The position numbers and the translations under genes are program-made. A stretch of 64,000 bases of DNA from Somniosus microcephalus. Its lineage: Eukaryota. The stretch covers positions 18,910,001 through 18,974,000 of the forward strand of contig CM126223.1 of NCBI GenBank assembly GCA_052327205.1, in the 5' to 3' direction. The notes under the pieces are model-generated. The model saw only the letters and a program-made list of their open reading frames with translations. It did no database searches and was not told the origin of the DNA. Shown piece by piece: positions 25,137 to 37,922 of this stretch. The number at the start of each line of letters is the position of its first letter. Position 1 is the stretch's first letter.

Positions 25137-26079
25137 TATTTAGATTTAAAACTGTTTTTGATCGACATAATGCAATTTGTTAGCTGCTTAAAGGTGTCCC
25201 ATCCCCCATCCACTAGTGTGTGTGTGAAGGAATGGTAGGCTTGACAGAGGCTTGGTATTTGTAAATTCCTCTCTACTGATGGGAAGAGCGGGTAGAGCTG
25301 AAATACTGGGGCAAAATGAGTTTGTAGGGATGAGCTAAGTGGCCTTTAACTGGATGGTGTCACCTTGCTAAAGTGGCTCACACAACGGTTTATCTAGTCC
25401 TAATAACAACTAGCATCTAACAGAGGCGGGTATGTTGGCAGTACTTTTGTGCAATATTATTTTCCCCCTTACTTTCCTCCCTTCTTTTCCTGAAGGTGCT
25501 GACTTACATTGAGGTACAGTTCTATGCATGGTGACACCCCTCTGATACTTTATCTAAGGCTCCATTCTTCACAGGTGAGGCTACTCAGTATTGAAAGGCT
25601 CCCTCATTTGTCAAAGTCCAGAGGTTGTTGAAGCCTGAACTCGAGAGCTCCCTTGCCTCAATCACTCGTTATTACATCATTTAGCTAATAACTGATCCAC
25701 AAATAGATCATCTACATGTACAATATTGGTTATCTGACAGTGATCGGTGAAGGAGAAGGGACTGAGCGCCAACAAACAAGCACAAAGGGAGAATTATTAC
25801 GCCACTGTGCAATGAAGGCAGCAATGGGCAGTTCTACCATCTGGTCTTATGTGGGAATTTTGTATATTGTAGCAAGTAAATCACATGTCTGCTGTAACTT
25901 CTTTAAAAGAGACCTTCAGAAAATCTTCCAGTAGAATAATCCTTCCTTCAAATCTCTCCCTTGATTTGAATTCCAACAATTCTTTAAGATGCTTCTATAC
26001 TGTGCTACTGCAGCCAGCTTGCAAGCAAAATGTAAACCTGTCAGGAATCACTAAGACAGACAGCCTGGAATAAACACTA

Positions 26080-26455
26080 AAAAACACACATGCCTACACA
26101 GCCCAACACACCCAAACACACACGCACACGCACACACACGTGCATACCCACACATCCCAACACACACAGGTGTGCCTATACACACACCCGCGTGTGCCGA
26201 CACATCTAATACACATGCATGTCCACAAACAATACACACACACCTGCGCGCACAACCACACATTCACATTCACACACCCCAACACATGCGTATGCCTGCA
26301 CACAACACACCCACATACCGATCCACACCCCAACACACCCCCACACCCCCCCACGTGTATACACACAGGCATATTCACACGCACACACAATGTGCATGGC
26401 TCCACAGGCACATGTGCATACTCACATGCCCCTTACACAGACCCACTCATACATG
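26080..26455. repeat. Degenerate (CA)n-rich simple repeat
   Basis: Visible CA/CG/CAT low-complexity tract. Confidence 0.85.
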
Positions 26456-26464
26456 TTATCAGCA

Positions 26465-29305
26465 ATCTTTTTTTAAATTATTCGTTCATGGGATGTGGGT
26501 GTCATTGGCAAGGCCAGCATTTATTGCCCATCCCTAATTGCTCTCGAGAAGGTGGTGGTGAGCTGCCTTCTTGAACCGCTGCAGTCCGTGTGGTGAAGGT
26601 ACTCCCACAGTGCTGTTAGGGAGGGAGTTCCAGGATTTTAACCCAGTAACTATGAAGGAACAGCGATATATTTCCAAGTCAGGATGGTGTGTGACTTGGA
26701 GGGGAACTTGGAGGTGGTGGTGTTCCCATGCGCCTGCTGCCCTTGTCCTTCTAGGTGGAGGAGGTCGCGGGTTTGGGAGGTGCTGCCGAAGAAGCCTTGG
26801 CGAGTTGCTGCAGTGCATCTTGTAGATGGTAAACACTGCAGCCATGGTGCCCCGGTGGTGGAGGGAGTGAAAGTTTAAGGTGGTGGATGGGGTGCCAATC
26901 AAGCGGCTGCTTTGTCCTGGATGCTGTCAAGCTTCTAGAGTGTTGTTGGAGCTGCACTCATCCAGGCAAGTGGAGAGTATTCCATCACACTCCTGACTTG
27001 TGCCTTGTAGATGGTGGAAAGGCTTTGGGGAGTCAGGAGGAGAGACACTCGCCACAGGATGCCTAGCCTCTCACCTGCTATTGTAGCCACAGGATTTGTG
27101 TGGCTAGTCCAGTTAAGTTTCTGGTCAATGATGACCCCCAGGATGTTGATGGTAGAAGATTCAGCGATGGTAATGCCATTGAATCTCAAGGGGAGGTGGC
27201 TAGACTCTCTCTTGTTGGAGATAGTCATTGCCTGGCACTTGTGTGGCATGAATGTAACTTGTCATTTATCAGCCCAAACCTGAGTGTCATCCAGGCCTTG
27301 CTGCATGCGGGCATGGACTGCTTCATTATCTGAGGAGTTGTGAATAGAACTGAACACTGTGCGATCATCAGCGAACATCCCCACTTCTGACCTTATAAAG
27401 GAGGGAAGGTCATTGATGAAGCAGCTGAAGATGGTTGGGCCTAGGACACTGCCCTGAGGAACTCCTGCAGCGATGTCCTGGGGCTGTGATGATTGGCCTC
27501 CAACAACCACAACCATCTTCCTTTGTGCTAGGTATGACTCCAGCCAGTGGAGCGTTTTCCCCCCCCGATTCCCATTGACTTCAGTTTTACTCAGGCTCCT
27601 TGATGCCACACTCGGTCAAATGCTGCCTTGATGTCAAGGGCAGTCACTCTCACCTCACCTCTGGAATTCAGCTCCTTTGTCCATGCTTGGACCAAGGCTG
27701 TAATGAGGTCTGGAGCCGAGTGGTCTTGGCAGAACCCAAACTGAGCATCGGTGAGCAGGTTATTGGTGAGTAAGTGCAGCTTGATAGCACTGTCGAAGAC
27801 ACCTTCCATCACTTTGCTGATGATTGAGAGTAGCCTGATGGGGCGATAATTGGCCGGGTTGGATTTGTCCTGTTTTCTTGTGGACAGGACATACCTGGGC
27901 AGTTTTCCACACTGTTGGATAGATGCCGGTGTTATAGCTGTACTGGAACAGCTTGGCTAGAGGCGCAGCTAGTTCTGGAACACAAGTTTTCAGCATGACA
28001 GCCAGGATATTGTCAGGGCCCACAGCCTTTGCTGTATCCAGTGCGCTCAGCCATTTCTTGATATTACTTGGAGTGAATTGAATTGGCTGAAGACTAGGTT
28101 TTGTGATGGTGGAAACCTCAGGAGGAGACTGATATGGATCATCCACTCGGCTCTTCTGGTCGAAGATGGTTGCAAACGCTTCATTCTTGTCTTTTGCACT
28201 CGCGTGCTGGGCTCAGTCATCATTGAGGATGGGGATATTCATGGAGCCTCCTCCTCCCATTAGTTGTTTAATGGTCCACCACCATTCACGACTGGATGTG
28301 GCAGGACTGCAGAGCTTTGATCTGATCTGTTGGTTGTGGGATTGCTTAGCTCAGTCTATAGCATGCTGCTTCCACTGTTTAGCATACATGTAGTCCAGTG
28401 TTGCAGCTTCCCCAGGTTGACACCTCATTTTTGGTATGCCTGGTGCTGCTCCTGGCAGGCTCTTCTACACTCCTTATTGAACCAGGTTTGGTCACCTGGC
28501 TTGATGTTAATGGTAGAGTGAGGGATATGCCGGGCCATGAGGTTACAGATTGTGGTGGAATACAATTCTGCTGCTGCTGATGGCCCACAGTGCCTTATGG
28601 ATGCCCAGTTTTGAGCTGCTAGATCTGTTCTGAATCTATCCCATTTAGCACGGTGGTAGTGCCACACAACACGATGGAGGGTGTCCTCAGTAGAAAGACA
28701 GGACTTCGTCTCCACAATGACTGTGCGGTGGTCAGCGCTACCAATACTGTCATGGACAGATGCATCTGCGACAGTTAAATTGGTGAGGACGAGGTCAAGT
28801 AGGTTTTTCCCTCGTGTTGGTTCTCTCACCACCTGCTGCAGACCCAGTCTGGCAGCTATGTCCTTCAGGACTCAGCCAGTTCAGTCAGTAGTGGTGCTAC
28901 CAAGCCACTCTTGGTGATGGACAATGAAGTCCCCCACCCAAGAGTACATTCTTGATACCCTCAGTGCTTCTTTCAAGTGGTGTTCAGCATGAAGGAGTAC
29001 TGATTCATCAGCTGAGGGAGGGCGGTAGGTGGTAATCAGCAGGAGGTTTCCTTGTCCATGTTTGACTGTATACCACTGTGCCACCACCTCTGGTGGGTCT
29101 GTCCTGCTGGTGGGATAGTACATACCCAAGGATGGTGATGGAGGAGTTTGGGGCATTGGCTGAAAGGTATGATTCTGTGAGTATGACTATGTCAGGCTGG
29201 TGCTTGACTAGTCTGCGGGACAGCTCTCCCAATTTTGGCACAAGTCCCCAGATGTTGGTGAGGAGGACTTTGCAGGGTCGACTGGGCTGGATGTGCCGAT
29301 GCAGC
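26465..29305 (-). mobile_element. Degraded CR1-clade LINE (ORF2 EN+RT) of a distinct family
   Basis: Fragments VLLTNIWGL..QPDIVILTESYL, TYRPPS, GDF, LDIKAAFDRVWH, GVPQGSVLGP, MFADD, with many frameshifts. Confidence 0.88.
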
Positions 29306-29702
29306 AATCTAAATAACCTGGGTTTGTTCCAGAACCATTGCATTAGATGCTGGTTAATGATGGCAATGAGGCTAAATATCAAATTGTCTTTACTTCTTTT
29401 CATTTCATCCTGCAAATCAGTTGTAAACATGAAGAATAAATATCGAATCACGGGCTGATCTAATCGCGGGGGTTCCAATTACTTGATGGTTCAGCTTGAG
29501 GTTTAACTGTGAGCTGATCTCTGAGATTAGGCTTCTGGCTTCAGCTCAGTCGGAATATTAAAGAGTGCATCTGCACTACAACAGTACTGTCAGTGTGATT
29601 TTGCTTCTCACAGATGTGGCAGCTAGAGTGTAAATCCAGTGTGAATCCAGAGTCAGAGCTCACTTTGCTTTGGAGTCAGTTCAGGATTTCATGCCTGATT
29701 TA

Positions 29703-30020
29703 GAACTTAAGAACATAAGACGTAGGAGCAGGAGTAGGCCATTCGGCCCCTCGAGCCTGCTCCACCATTCAATAAGATCATGACTGATCTGATCTTGGCC
29801 TCAGCTCCACTTCCCTGCCCGCTCCCCATAACCCTCGACTCCCTTACCATTCAAAAATCTGTCTATCTCCACCTTAAATATATTCAATGACCCAGCCTCC
29901 ACAGCTCTCTGGGGAAGAGAATTCCAAAGATTCACGACCCTCTGAGAGAAGAAATTCCTCCTCATTTCCGATTTAAATGGGTGCCCCCTTATTCTGAAAT
30001 TATGCTGCCTAATTCTAGAT
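29703..30020 (-). mobile_element. CR1 3' fragment
   Basis: RIRGHPFKSEMRRNFFSQRVVNLWNSLP plus the tail stem-loop. Confidence 0.85.
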
Positions 30021-31274
30021 TTACACCCCAATATTCATGTTGGTGCCCAGTGGTGGAGTGTGTTAGCGTTGTGCCAAAAGTGAAACTGGGCACCAAATGC
30101 CAGTGTGCTCGGAAACTGAAAAATTAATGATTGCAACATAACTATGAAAATAGAGAGTGAGGTGAAGCAAGGTGGGAGGAGGCTCGTGGGGAGCATAAAC
30201 ACCGGCATGGACCCGTTGGGCCGAATAGCCTGTTTCTATGCTGCACATTCCATGTAATTTTATGTAATGCAGTTAATCATATTCCATTGATTAGCAGGAT
30301 ATTCTGAGATCCATATACATGATGAATCGTTACACATTTAGCTGAACTAATTACAATTCACTAATTACAATCCGCATAAACAAGACAGTAAAAAAACCAC
30401 AAGGTCAAACCTTCTCAGTCATCTCATTGCAGAGCAGCAGGTCAAAACATGGACTTGAATCTGATCGCAATGCTTGGAATTCCCTGAAAACCTGAGCTGA
30501 AACAATTGCGTAAGTATGGCGTAACGCCAGCTTTCAACACCCAAAAAAAAAATCGAGGAAGTTTGCACGTAAGTGACTTACGGTGGATTTTATGCTATGC
30601 CCGAGTTTCCTCAACCTTTTTCGCCAACTCAACAAAATCTCCGTCGGAACCCTCTGCTGCTCATTAACATAGCCCCGCCTCCATGTAGGAGACCAGCGAG
30701 CGCAAGTTTCCTGCATTTCCACCATTTCCAAACGGGCCGTAAACTTACGCCCAAAATTTTAGGTGCAGAAGGGACCCAAAGTCATATTCCTGCTGCTGTA
30801 TGGTGATTTTTTAGAAGTGATTTTCTTTTAAATTTCTCTTCAGTGAGATCTACACTGTATTTTCTTTGAATGCATTTTTATGGAATCAGAATGAATTACA
30901 TAAAAAATTGAAATGCTTTCGCGATTACATTTTCTGTAATGTGCATAAATCTTGGTGCGATGGCTTCAAGCATTAATCTTCATACATAAAAAGGGACATG
31001 AAGACGGAGTATGGCGTACATTCCGCCTTTTCCTCAGGTCCTGATCAGTTACATCAGCAAAAGTACTGGTTGGCAAGATCGGCGTAGAAATTGGTGTAAA
31101 TTCTGGCGCAACTTGTCGTTTGAGGAAATTCCAGGCCTATATCTTAAAGCATTCAAAATGAAAAATAACTGAGGTAGTCTATTCATTGTAATATTGTAGG
31201 ATGGACAATGCAGGCATATCCGTGGAGAGGTGCGCCGTTAATAATGAGGAACTTGAATATCTGTTGCCACTCAC

Positions 31275-31382
31275 CCTCACGAAAATCAAGGTGTTGGAGT
31301 CTCCCACTTTGTATTTCCCTTCAGAGACTTTGACCATGGGAAACTGGTCAGGACAGGTACAGCGACTCACCAGGTGACGTAC
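31275..31382 (-). CDS. GAS2L2: GAS2L2 coding exon 3 (first half of GAR domain)
   Basis: Acceptor GGCAG|GTA. Encodes [36 protein letters not shown] (108 nt). Donor AGG|GTGAGT. Confidence 0.95.
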
Positions 31383-31394
31383 CTGCCGGGTTTT

Positions 31395-31780
31395 TAAAAA
31401 AGAACTTGCATATAAATAGCGCCTTTCACAACCTCAGGATGTCCCAAAACACTTTACAACCAATGAAGTACTTTTTTGAAGTGTGGTCACTGTTGTAGTG
31501 TAGGCACCCAATATGTACACAGCAAGGTCCCACAAACAGCAATAAATGACCAGTTAATCTGTTTCAGTGATGTTGGCCAGGACTCCCCTGCTCCTCTTCA
31601 AATAGTGCCATGGGATCTTCCACATCCAGAGGGCAGACGGAGCCTCGGTTTAACATCCCATCCGAGAGAAGGCACCTCCGACAGTGCAACACTGGAGTAT
31701 CAGACTGGATTTTGTGCTCAAGTCTCTGGGGTGGGGCTTGAGCAAAGGCAAGGTAGCTACCACTAAGCCACAGCTGACAA
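31395..31780 (-). mobile_element. Deu-SINE abutting the exon 3 splice acceptor
   Basis: Reverse-complement SINE tail aagaacttgcatataaatagcgcctttcacaacc and the Deu core. Confidence 0.85.
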
Positions 31781-32836
31781 AAAGATTGCTTAGAGCTCGG
31801 GTGTAATAGAAACGGCACTGCTATGTAACTGGAGCGGAACAAAATCAATAAATTATAACTGTGTTAGCATTTCTGTCCTTGGAATTCTCAATCTTATTGT
31901 TATTTATACCCTGGGTACAGAGAAAAATGTTCTATACAGACATCTCACGACAAGCACAGGATCAATTCATCAAAAGATGACTCTGAAAAATGATATAACT
32001 GGCACTCATGGAGTTTAATTTTCTACTGGGCCCCCGTTTGTTGCAATATGGTACTGTGTTCAGAGTCGATTCAGCAGCCTTGATTGACATGGAAACGAAT
32101 ATGTGGAGCAGTATTGGGTTTATTCAGTTTTATTAATGCTGTCAGCACCCTGACATTGACAGCATCGAACTGTCGTACTGAACCTGACTGGATTGACCCT
32201 GATCGAGTAGGCTACAGCTGGCTGGTGGAAGGGAAGGGACTGATGGGCTCAATGGCCTTTCCACCCTCCATTCTTGCATCCTTTCTGTTTCACGAGAACG
32301 CTCCATGGCCCATGTTCAGAAAGAAGAGAAACACATTCGCTTGAGGTAAAAAATCCGCTCGCTGCTCCTTCCACTCACGCAAAGAAGAAAACATGAAATT
32401 TAGACTCCCACTCACGATTCTTTTCTCCTGAATGCACGGCCTCACATTTCTCTACATTAAACTGCACCTGCCACCTATCTGCCCACTCCGATGACCTGGC
32501 TATATCCTCCTGCATTCTTTCTCACTGTTTGCCCTGCTCACAGTCTGATATCATCAGTGGACTTCAGTAACATTCCTCATGCCTATGTTCAAGTAATTTA
32601 TATGAATGGAAAACAAGAAAGGTCCTAGCACAGATCCACGGGGCACACCACTACCCACAACTTCCAACTGCCCCCTTCCCCCAACCACGTTAAGGCTAGT
32701 ATCGGAGGGAGTTCCTGAGAATTTGACCCAATATGTCTTTATAAGCCCTCAGCTGAGCCTGTTGAAGGCTTCTAAGAGAATCCCAAATCTAAATGAACAC
32801 AGAGGGGACCTTCAATTTCTTCCCTTAAGACTGTAG

Positions 32837-33015
32837 TCTCATGTTGGGGTACAGTTCCACAGGTACTGGCTCATGTTGGGGTACAGTTCCACAGGCACTA
32901 GCTCATGTTGGGGTACAGTTCCTCAGATGTTGGCGCATGTTGGGGTACAGTTCCACAGGCGCTAGCTCATGTTGGGGTACAGTTGCACGTGCACTGGGTT
33001 ATGTTTGGGTACAGT
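32837..33015. repeat. Minisatellite, unit about 32 bp (CTCATGTTGGGGTACAGTTCCACAGG...), 5-6 copies
   Basis: Tandem units visible in the sequence. Confidence 0.85.
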
Positions 33016-33189
33016 CCGACATTCATTATCTATCCTCCAGTACTTCACCCAAGGGGCCTTTTTGTACCTCTATCTCTGGACAGTAAGCGATGGCCAGCTA
33101 TTCAAAGAACGATCACACTCAAATCTCATCCTATCCTCAAGCATCCTTGCCCAATGTTGACACAGGTTAATTTTCTTCAGGATAGTCTC

Positions 33190-33645
33190 CTGCCAATGGA
33201 TTGGTACCAGGAATGAGAGACTTCAATTACGTAGAGAGCCTGGAGAAGCTGGGATCGTTCTCCTTCGAACAGAGAAGGTTAAGGGGAGATTTAATAGAGG
33301 TGTTTTGATTAGGAAAAATTAGGAGAAACTGTTTCCACTGGCTGGAGGGTCGGTAACCAGAGGACACCGATTTAAAGTAATTGGCAAAAGAACCAGAGGG
33401 GGCGATGAAGAGATTTCTTTCTTATGCAGAGAGTTGTTGTGATCTGGAATGCACGGCCTGGAAGGGCGGTGGAAGCAGATTCAATAGTAACTTTCAAAAG
33501 GGAAATGGAAACTTACTTGAAAAGAAAACATTTGCAGGGCTGTTGGGAAAGAGCAGGGGGGAGTGGGACTAATTAGAGAGCTCTTTCAAAGAGCCGGCAC
33601 AGGCAAGATGGGCCGAATGGCCTCCTTCTGTGCGGAAGGATTCTA
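33190..33645 (+). mobile_element. CR1 3' fragment
   Basis: gagaaggttaaggggagatttaatagagg...tggaatgcac..., followed by the tail ggccgaatggcctccttctgtg. Confidence 0.8.
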
Positions 33646-33709
33646 TGAAGAACACGTGTTGCTCAGTGCTCTTTGTGCAGCACTGTTTGAGAGCCAGAGG
33701 CATACTCAC

Positions 33710-33951
33710 CATTTCATCCAAGTTTTTGAAGTCACACAGCTGCTTCTGTGGTTTGGGTTTTGGAGGGATGACCTCCGGTGGTAAATCCATCTCCTCGCGG
33801 ATCTCTTCCTCAATCTCTTCCTCCATCTGAATGAGGACCGGGGCCAACATTCCGAACTTGGAGGCTCTCCTTGCCACCTCCAGCAGACACAGCACAAAGT
33901 TCTTCTCGTTTTTCCTCAGGACCAGGTCCTCTGTCTCAAACATCAGCACAT
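33710..33951 (-). CDS. GAS2L2: GAS2L2 coding exon 2 (end of CH domain)
   Basis: Acceptor TTGCAG|AT completes the GAT codon begun in exon 1. Encodes [29 protein letters not shown]...CDFKNLDEM. Donor ATG|GTGAGT, phase 0. Confidence 0.95.
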
Positions 33952-34037
33952 CTGCAATGGGAACAGGCCCTACCATCACACCTATCCAGCAAAATAACTT
34001 GGAAAAAAGAAATGGAACAAGCAAGATATGAAAAAAA

Positions 34038-34470
34038 ATGACTTGCATTTATATCGCTACTTTCATGACCCCAGGGTGTCCCAAAGCGCTTTACAGCCAA
34101 TTAAGTGCTTTTTGAAGTGTAGGCACTGTTGTAATGTAGGAAACGGGGCAGTCAATTTGCGCACAGCAAGCTCCCACAAACAGTAATGAGATAATTGACC
34201 AGATAATCTGTTTTTGTGATGTTGGTTGAGGGATAAATATTGTCCATGACACCGAGGAGAACTCCCCTGCTCTTCTTTAAAATAGTTCCGTGGGATCTGT
34301 TACGTCTACCTGAGAGAGCAGGCAGGGCCTCGGTTTAAAATCTCATCCGAAAGATGTCACCTCCGACTGTGCAGCACTCCCTCAGTAATGCACTGAAGTG
34401 TCAGATTTTGTGCTCAAGTCTCTGGATTGGGACTTGGACTCACAACCTTCTGACTCAGAGGTGAGAGTGT
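34038..34470 (-). mobile_element. Near full-length Deu-SINE
   Basis: Tail, Deu core and B-box region on -. Confidence 0.85.
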
Positions 34471-36496
34471 AGATGATAAACATACTGCAAAACCTTTACT
34501 CGGGCCTGGACAATCCAGATCTTTTGGAAACTGCAAAGGAAGATCAGTGCACTAAGGGTTAGTTCCTCATTGCCCAAGCTATGGGGTGATGTTGCAGTGC
34601 CCCCCTGTGTTGGCCTGTAGAACTATAGTCTATGGTGTGACTGGTTTTCTGGATGATTGAAATATGAAAATAAGGGGGGTGAATCAGTTACCAAGAGAGG
34701 TTCAAGAAGCTAAGACTCTACACCTTAGAAAAGCGTAGACTTGGGGGTGATTTAATTGAGATTTATAAGATGATGAAGGGAATAGATTGTGTTTGTGTGC
34801 GCTGCAGATCGGGGCTTGGGGAGGGGGCAAGGGGCGTAAGAGCGAGAGGCCAGGATTGGCAGACAAGAGGCCGAAGGCTTCCTTGAGGGGCCAGGAGGAG
34901 GGGGGGGCTGGAGGAGGGGGGGTGCGCTCCTGCTCCTCCTGGCCCACAAGGAATGCAATAAAATACACATACTTTCTAGAGCCGGCAGCTCCTGCCTCCA
35001 TTTCACTGCCGGGTTTCCCGAGCCCTGGGAAACCAGGCCGGCAGCTGTTAAATTGAAATCAGGCTCCCAATTGCACAGTGGGAGCCTGATTTAAATATGA
35101 TAATGAAGTGTCCCGCCTCTCCAAAACGGGACGCTCACATTCCCAGCTACCCGGTGCCATAAATATGGCAGCAGGTGTGAACGTGTCAGGTTAGGGTCAC
35201 CTTTTACGTTTTTTAGGGTTTAACCCCCTCCCTCCCCCCAACCTCCTACTGCCTATTGAGGGGGGGGGGGGTTAATATCAAGGTCAAAGAGTCTGTTTGC
35301 TTTCCAATTGGTGTGGGAAGGCAGAGTCTGGACAGGTCGGGCAACCAATGGCGGGTGTGTGGGGGCGGGCCGGTTGGAGGAGGAGGTTATGTGACGACAC
35401 CACCAGGAATATATCCAACCAGAGCTGGCGACCCTAAGGCAGGGAAGAAAACAAACACAAGGGAGGAAAAAAATCCAGGGGAGCGCTAAACTTTAAAGTT
35501 TCTCCCTAATTTCCCGGCGTCTATTCCCCAAGGCAGTGGATCCTTATACTATGACCCAGCAGCCATTTGCAACCTGTTCAAATTATTCGACGGTGGCCAT
35601 GGTCAGGTTTTCTGCTCCAAGTGACTCTGGGCTTTCACTGAACGGCTTTCCTGGCTGTGGGTTTCTCACCAAGTTACAATTCAGTGACATTCCCCTGCCC
35701 TCCACCAGCAAAAGAAAGACAAGGGAATGCTATTCAATGTCAGGGTTATATCCCAGCCTACCCGTAGGCAGTCAAAGGGCCTTATTAAAATGGAACTATT
35801 TCATGGAACTTCTGGTTATACATTTTCCCCCCTTCCTGTGGGGTAGAATGTGGTTTCGACTTGGCAAATGCCCACTGCGTTCCGATTGAAATCAGGAGCT
35901 CACTGTGTGGAACTGGGGAACTGCTGGTACAGAGCCACCTCCCGTCACTCTCCGGTGTAGCATTCCCGAGAGTGGGCCTTCGAGCAAGACTCTAGCTGGA
36001 TTGCGACAACAACAAAAGATGAGTGCCTCAGGACAATCTAGTGAAACTACAGGATATCAATCTAATATTACAGTCTCCATTCTTCAATCCTGACCCATTA
36101 CATTGCAAGACAACCTTGCCCAGAAGAGTGGAGCCACAGGGGTAGAATGTCCGCTGGGGAGGGCGGAGGGTGGTGTCCTGCTGTAACTTTGGAGAAGGAT
36201 TGGCGGGAACCCCGGAGAATGGCCATTGGTGCCGGTGTTCCCGGGGCTTCTGCCAATCTTCCAGCCAAACTTATGGTGGGACATTTGAGAACTCGTATGG
36301 AATTTTTACTTTGCTGTGTTCTAAAGAAAGACTTGAATTTCTATAGTGCCTTTCACAACCTCAGGATGTCCCAAAGCGCTTTACAGCCAATAAAGTACTC
36401 TTGAAGTGTAGTCACTGCTGTGATGTAGGAAACGCTGCTGCCAATTGCTCACTGCAAAGTCCCACAAACAGCAATGAAATAAATGACCAGTCATTT

Positions 36497-37258
36497 GGCC
36501 CAGAAATTCGGCTCTCCATGGGTGAGTACGCACGGGGTACTCACCCGTAGGCCCAATGGAAGTGCCGGTTTCGTGTATGCACTGCGCATGCGCGGGAAAC
36601 CGGCACTTCCGTTCCCCTGAAAGAAGGGGTTCAGAGTTCGAACGCTGCGCGGGAGAGGCAGCGTGTGCGCATCGAACTTACGGTTTTTTTGCAGGTTTTC
36701 CCGGGAAGGTAAGTCTCCAGAAGTTAGACATGTAAAAAGCAGTCGTAAGGCCTGCTTTTTACAAGGTAAGTGGTGAATTAATTAAAATTAAAACATTTTT
36801 TCCACAGGTTTATTATTTTTAAATACTTTAAAGAAAGGTAAGTTTATTGTTAGCCCTGTTAGAAAATAAAATCATTTTTTCAAAAATTTAAATTATTGTT
36901 TAAAATAGTTATTTCATGTAATTTATAGTTTATTTTAAAAATGTGATTTTTTAAAAATGTATTTGAAGATTTAGTGATGTTTTGGGGCTTATAGTATTTA
37001 TAGGTTTGACAGGTCTTCCTGTCAAACTTATGAATGAAACATTTCCCTGCTACCATTGGCTCTCCATGGCCCACGTGATCCCAGGGGACGCATCGAACTA
37101 ACTGCGCCCCTGGGATACGCAAGCACTGCGCGCCGGCAGTTGGAGGAGGCCCAGGATCGGAATCCCACGCGGGCCCACAGCTCAACAGCCGGCGCGCTAG
37201 GTAAGTGCAGGTCGGGGGCTTGCACCCGCGGGAAGCCCCCGACCCAAATTTCTGGGCG
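36497..37258. mobile_element. TIR-bounded non-autonomous DNA transposon inserted in a Deu-SINE (36325-37336)
   Basis: TIRs GGCCCAGAAATT and AATTTCTGGGCG. The SINE sequence gaccag...aatctgtttt resumes after it. GC-rich ends and AT-rich core; superfamily uncertain. Confidence 0.7.
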
Positions 37259-37613
37259 AATCTGTTTTATTGATATTGGTTGAGGGATAAATATTGGCCA
37301 AGACACTGGGGAGAACTCCCCTGCTCTTCTTCGAAATGGTATTCTGTACAGTGTTTGATTGCTACTGGTGTCACTGGTTCTTGCTGTGTATACTTATCCC
37401 AGTAACAAGCAATCCCTTTCACTACCATCTAGATTATCTTAAATGACTTTATCAGTGAGCATTAATTCCTTTTCTTGAGAGTCCATCTCTGTTACCTACT
37501 GGTGTCTGACAAATGAGTAGTTGTCTAATCCCTGGTATCACAGAAGCACCAAATACTAAAAGTGCTGTTGGAGGAACGAGGTCTTTCAAAAGAAACAGAA
37601 TATTATAAGCTTT

Positions 37614-37922
37614 TGTAGGAACGGAGGTTCCTATCAAAAAGACTGAGTTCGACTCAGGTAATTAAATTAATGAACTTTAATGAAAACAAACGAGTTTAAA
37701 CTGGAAACTGCTGGAACACATCAATAACAGGTCTATTCTCCTAGAGGGCTCCACGAGGACTGATCCCCTGATCAGGAGAGTGACGTCATGACGTCATCAC
37801 GTCCTTCCCGCCGTTGGGGCATCACGTGACTAACGGCATGACGTCATCACGTGCTGTAAAGGTAACTGGCATTGTACAGTCAAACAGTGTAATTAAAGGT
37901 ACAGGCACAGACAGTAACTACA
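37614..37922 (-). mobile_element. Probable solo LTR rich in CRE and E-box motifs
   Basis: TGTAG...CTACA termini, LTR-like size, ATTAAA on -. No clear TSD. Confidence 0.4.

Noticed and set aside
26051-26574. His/Thr- or Cys/Val-rich ORFs
   Set aside because: Translations of a CA-rich simple repeat.
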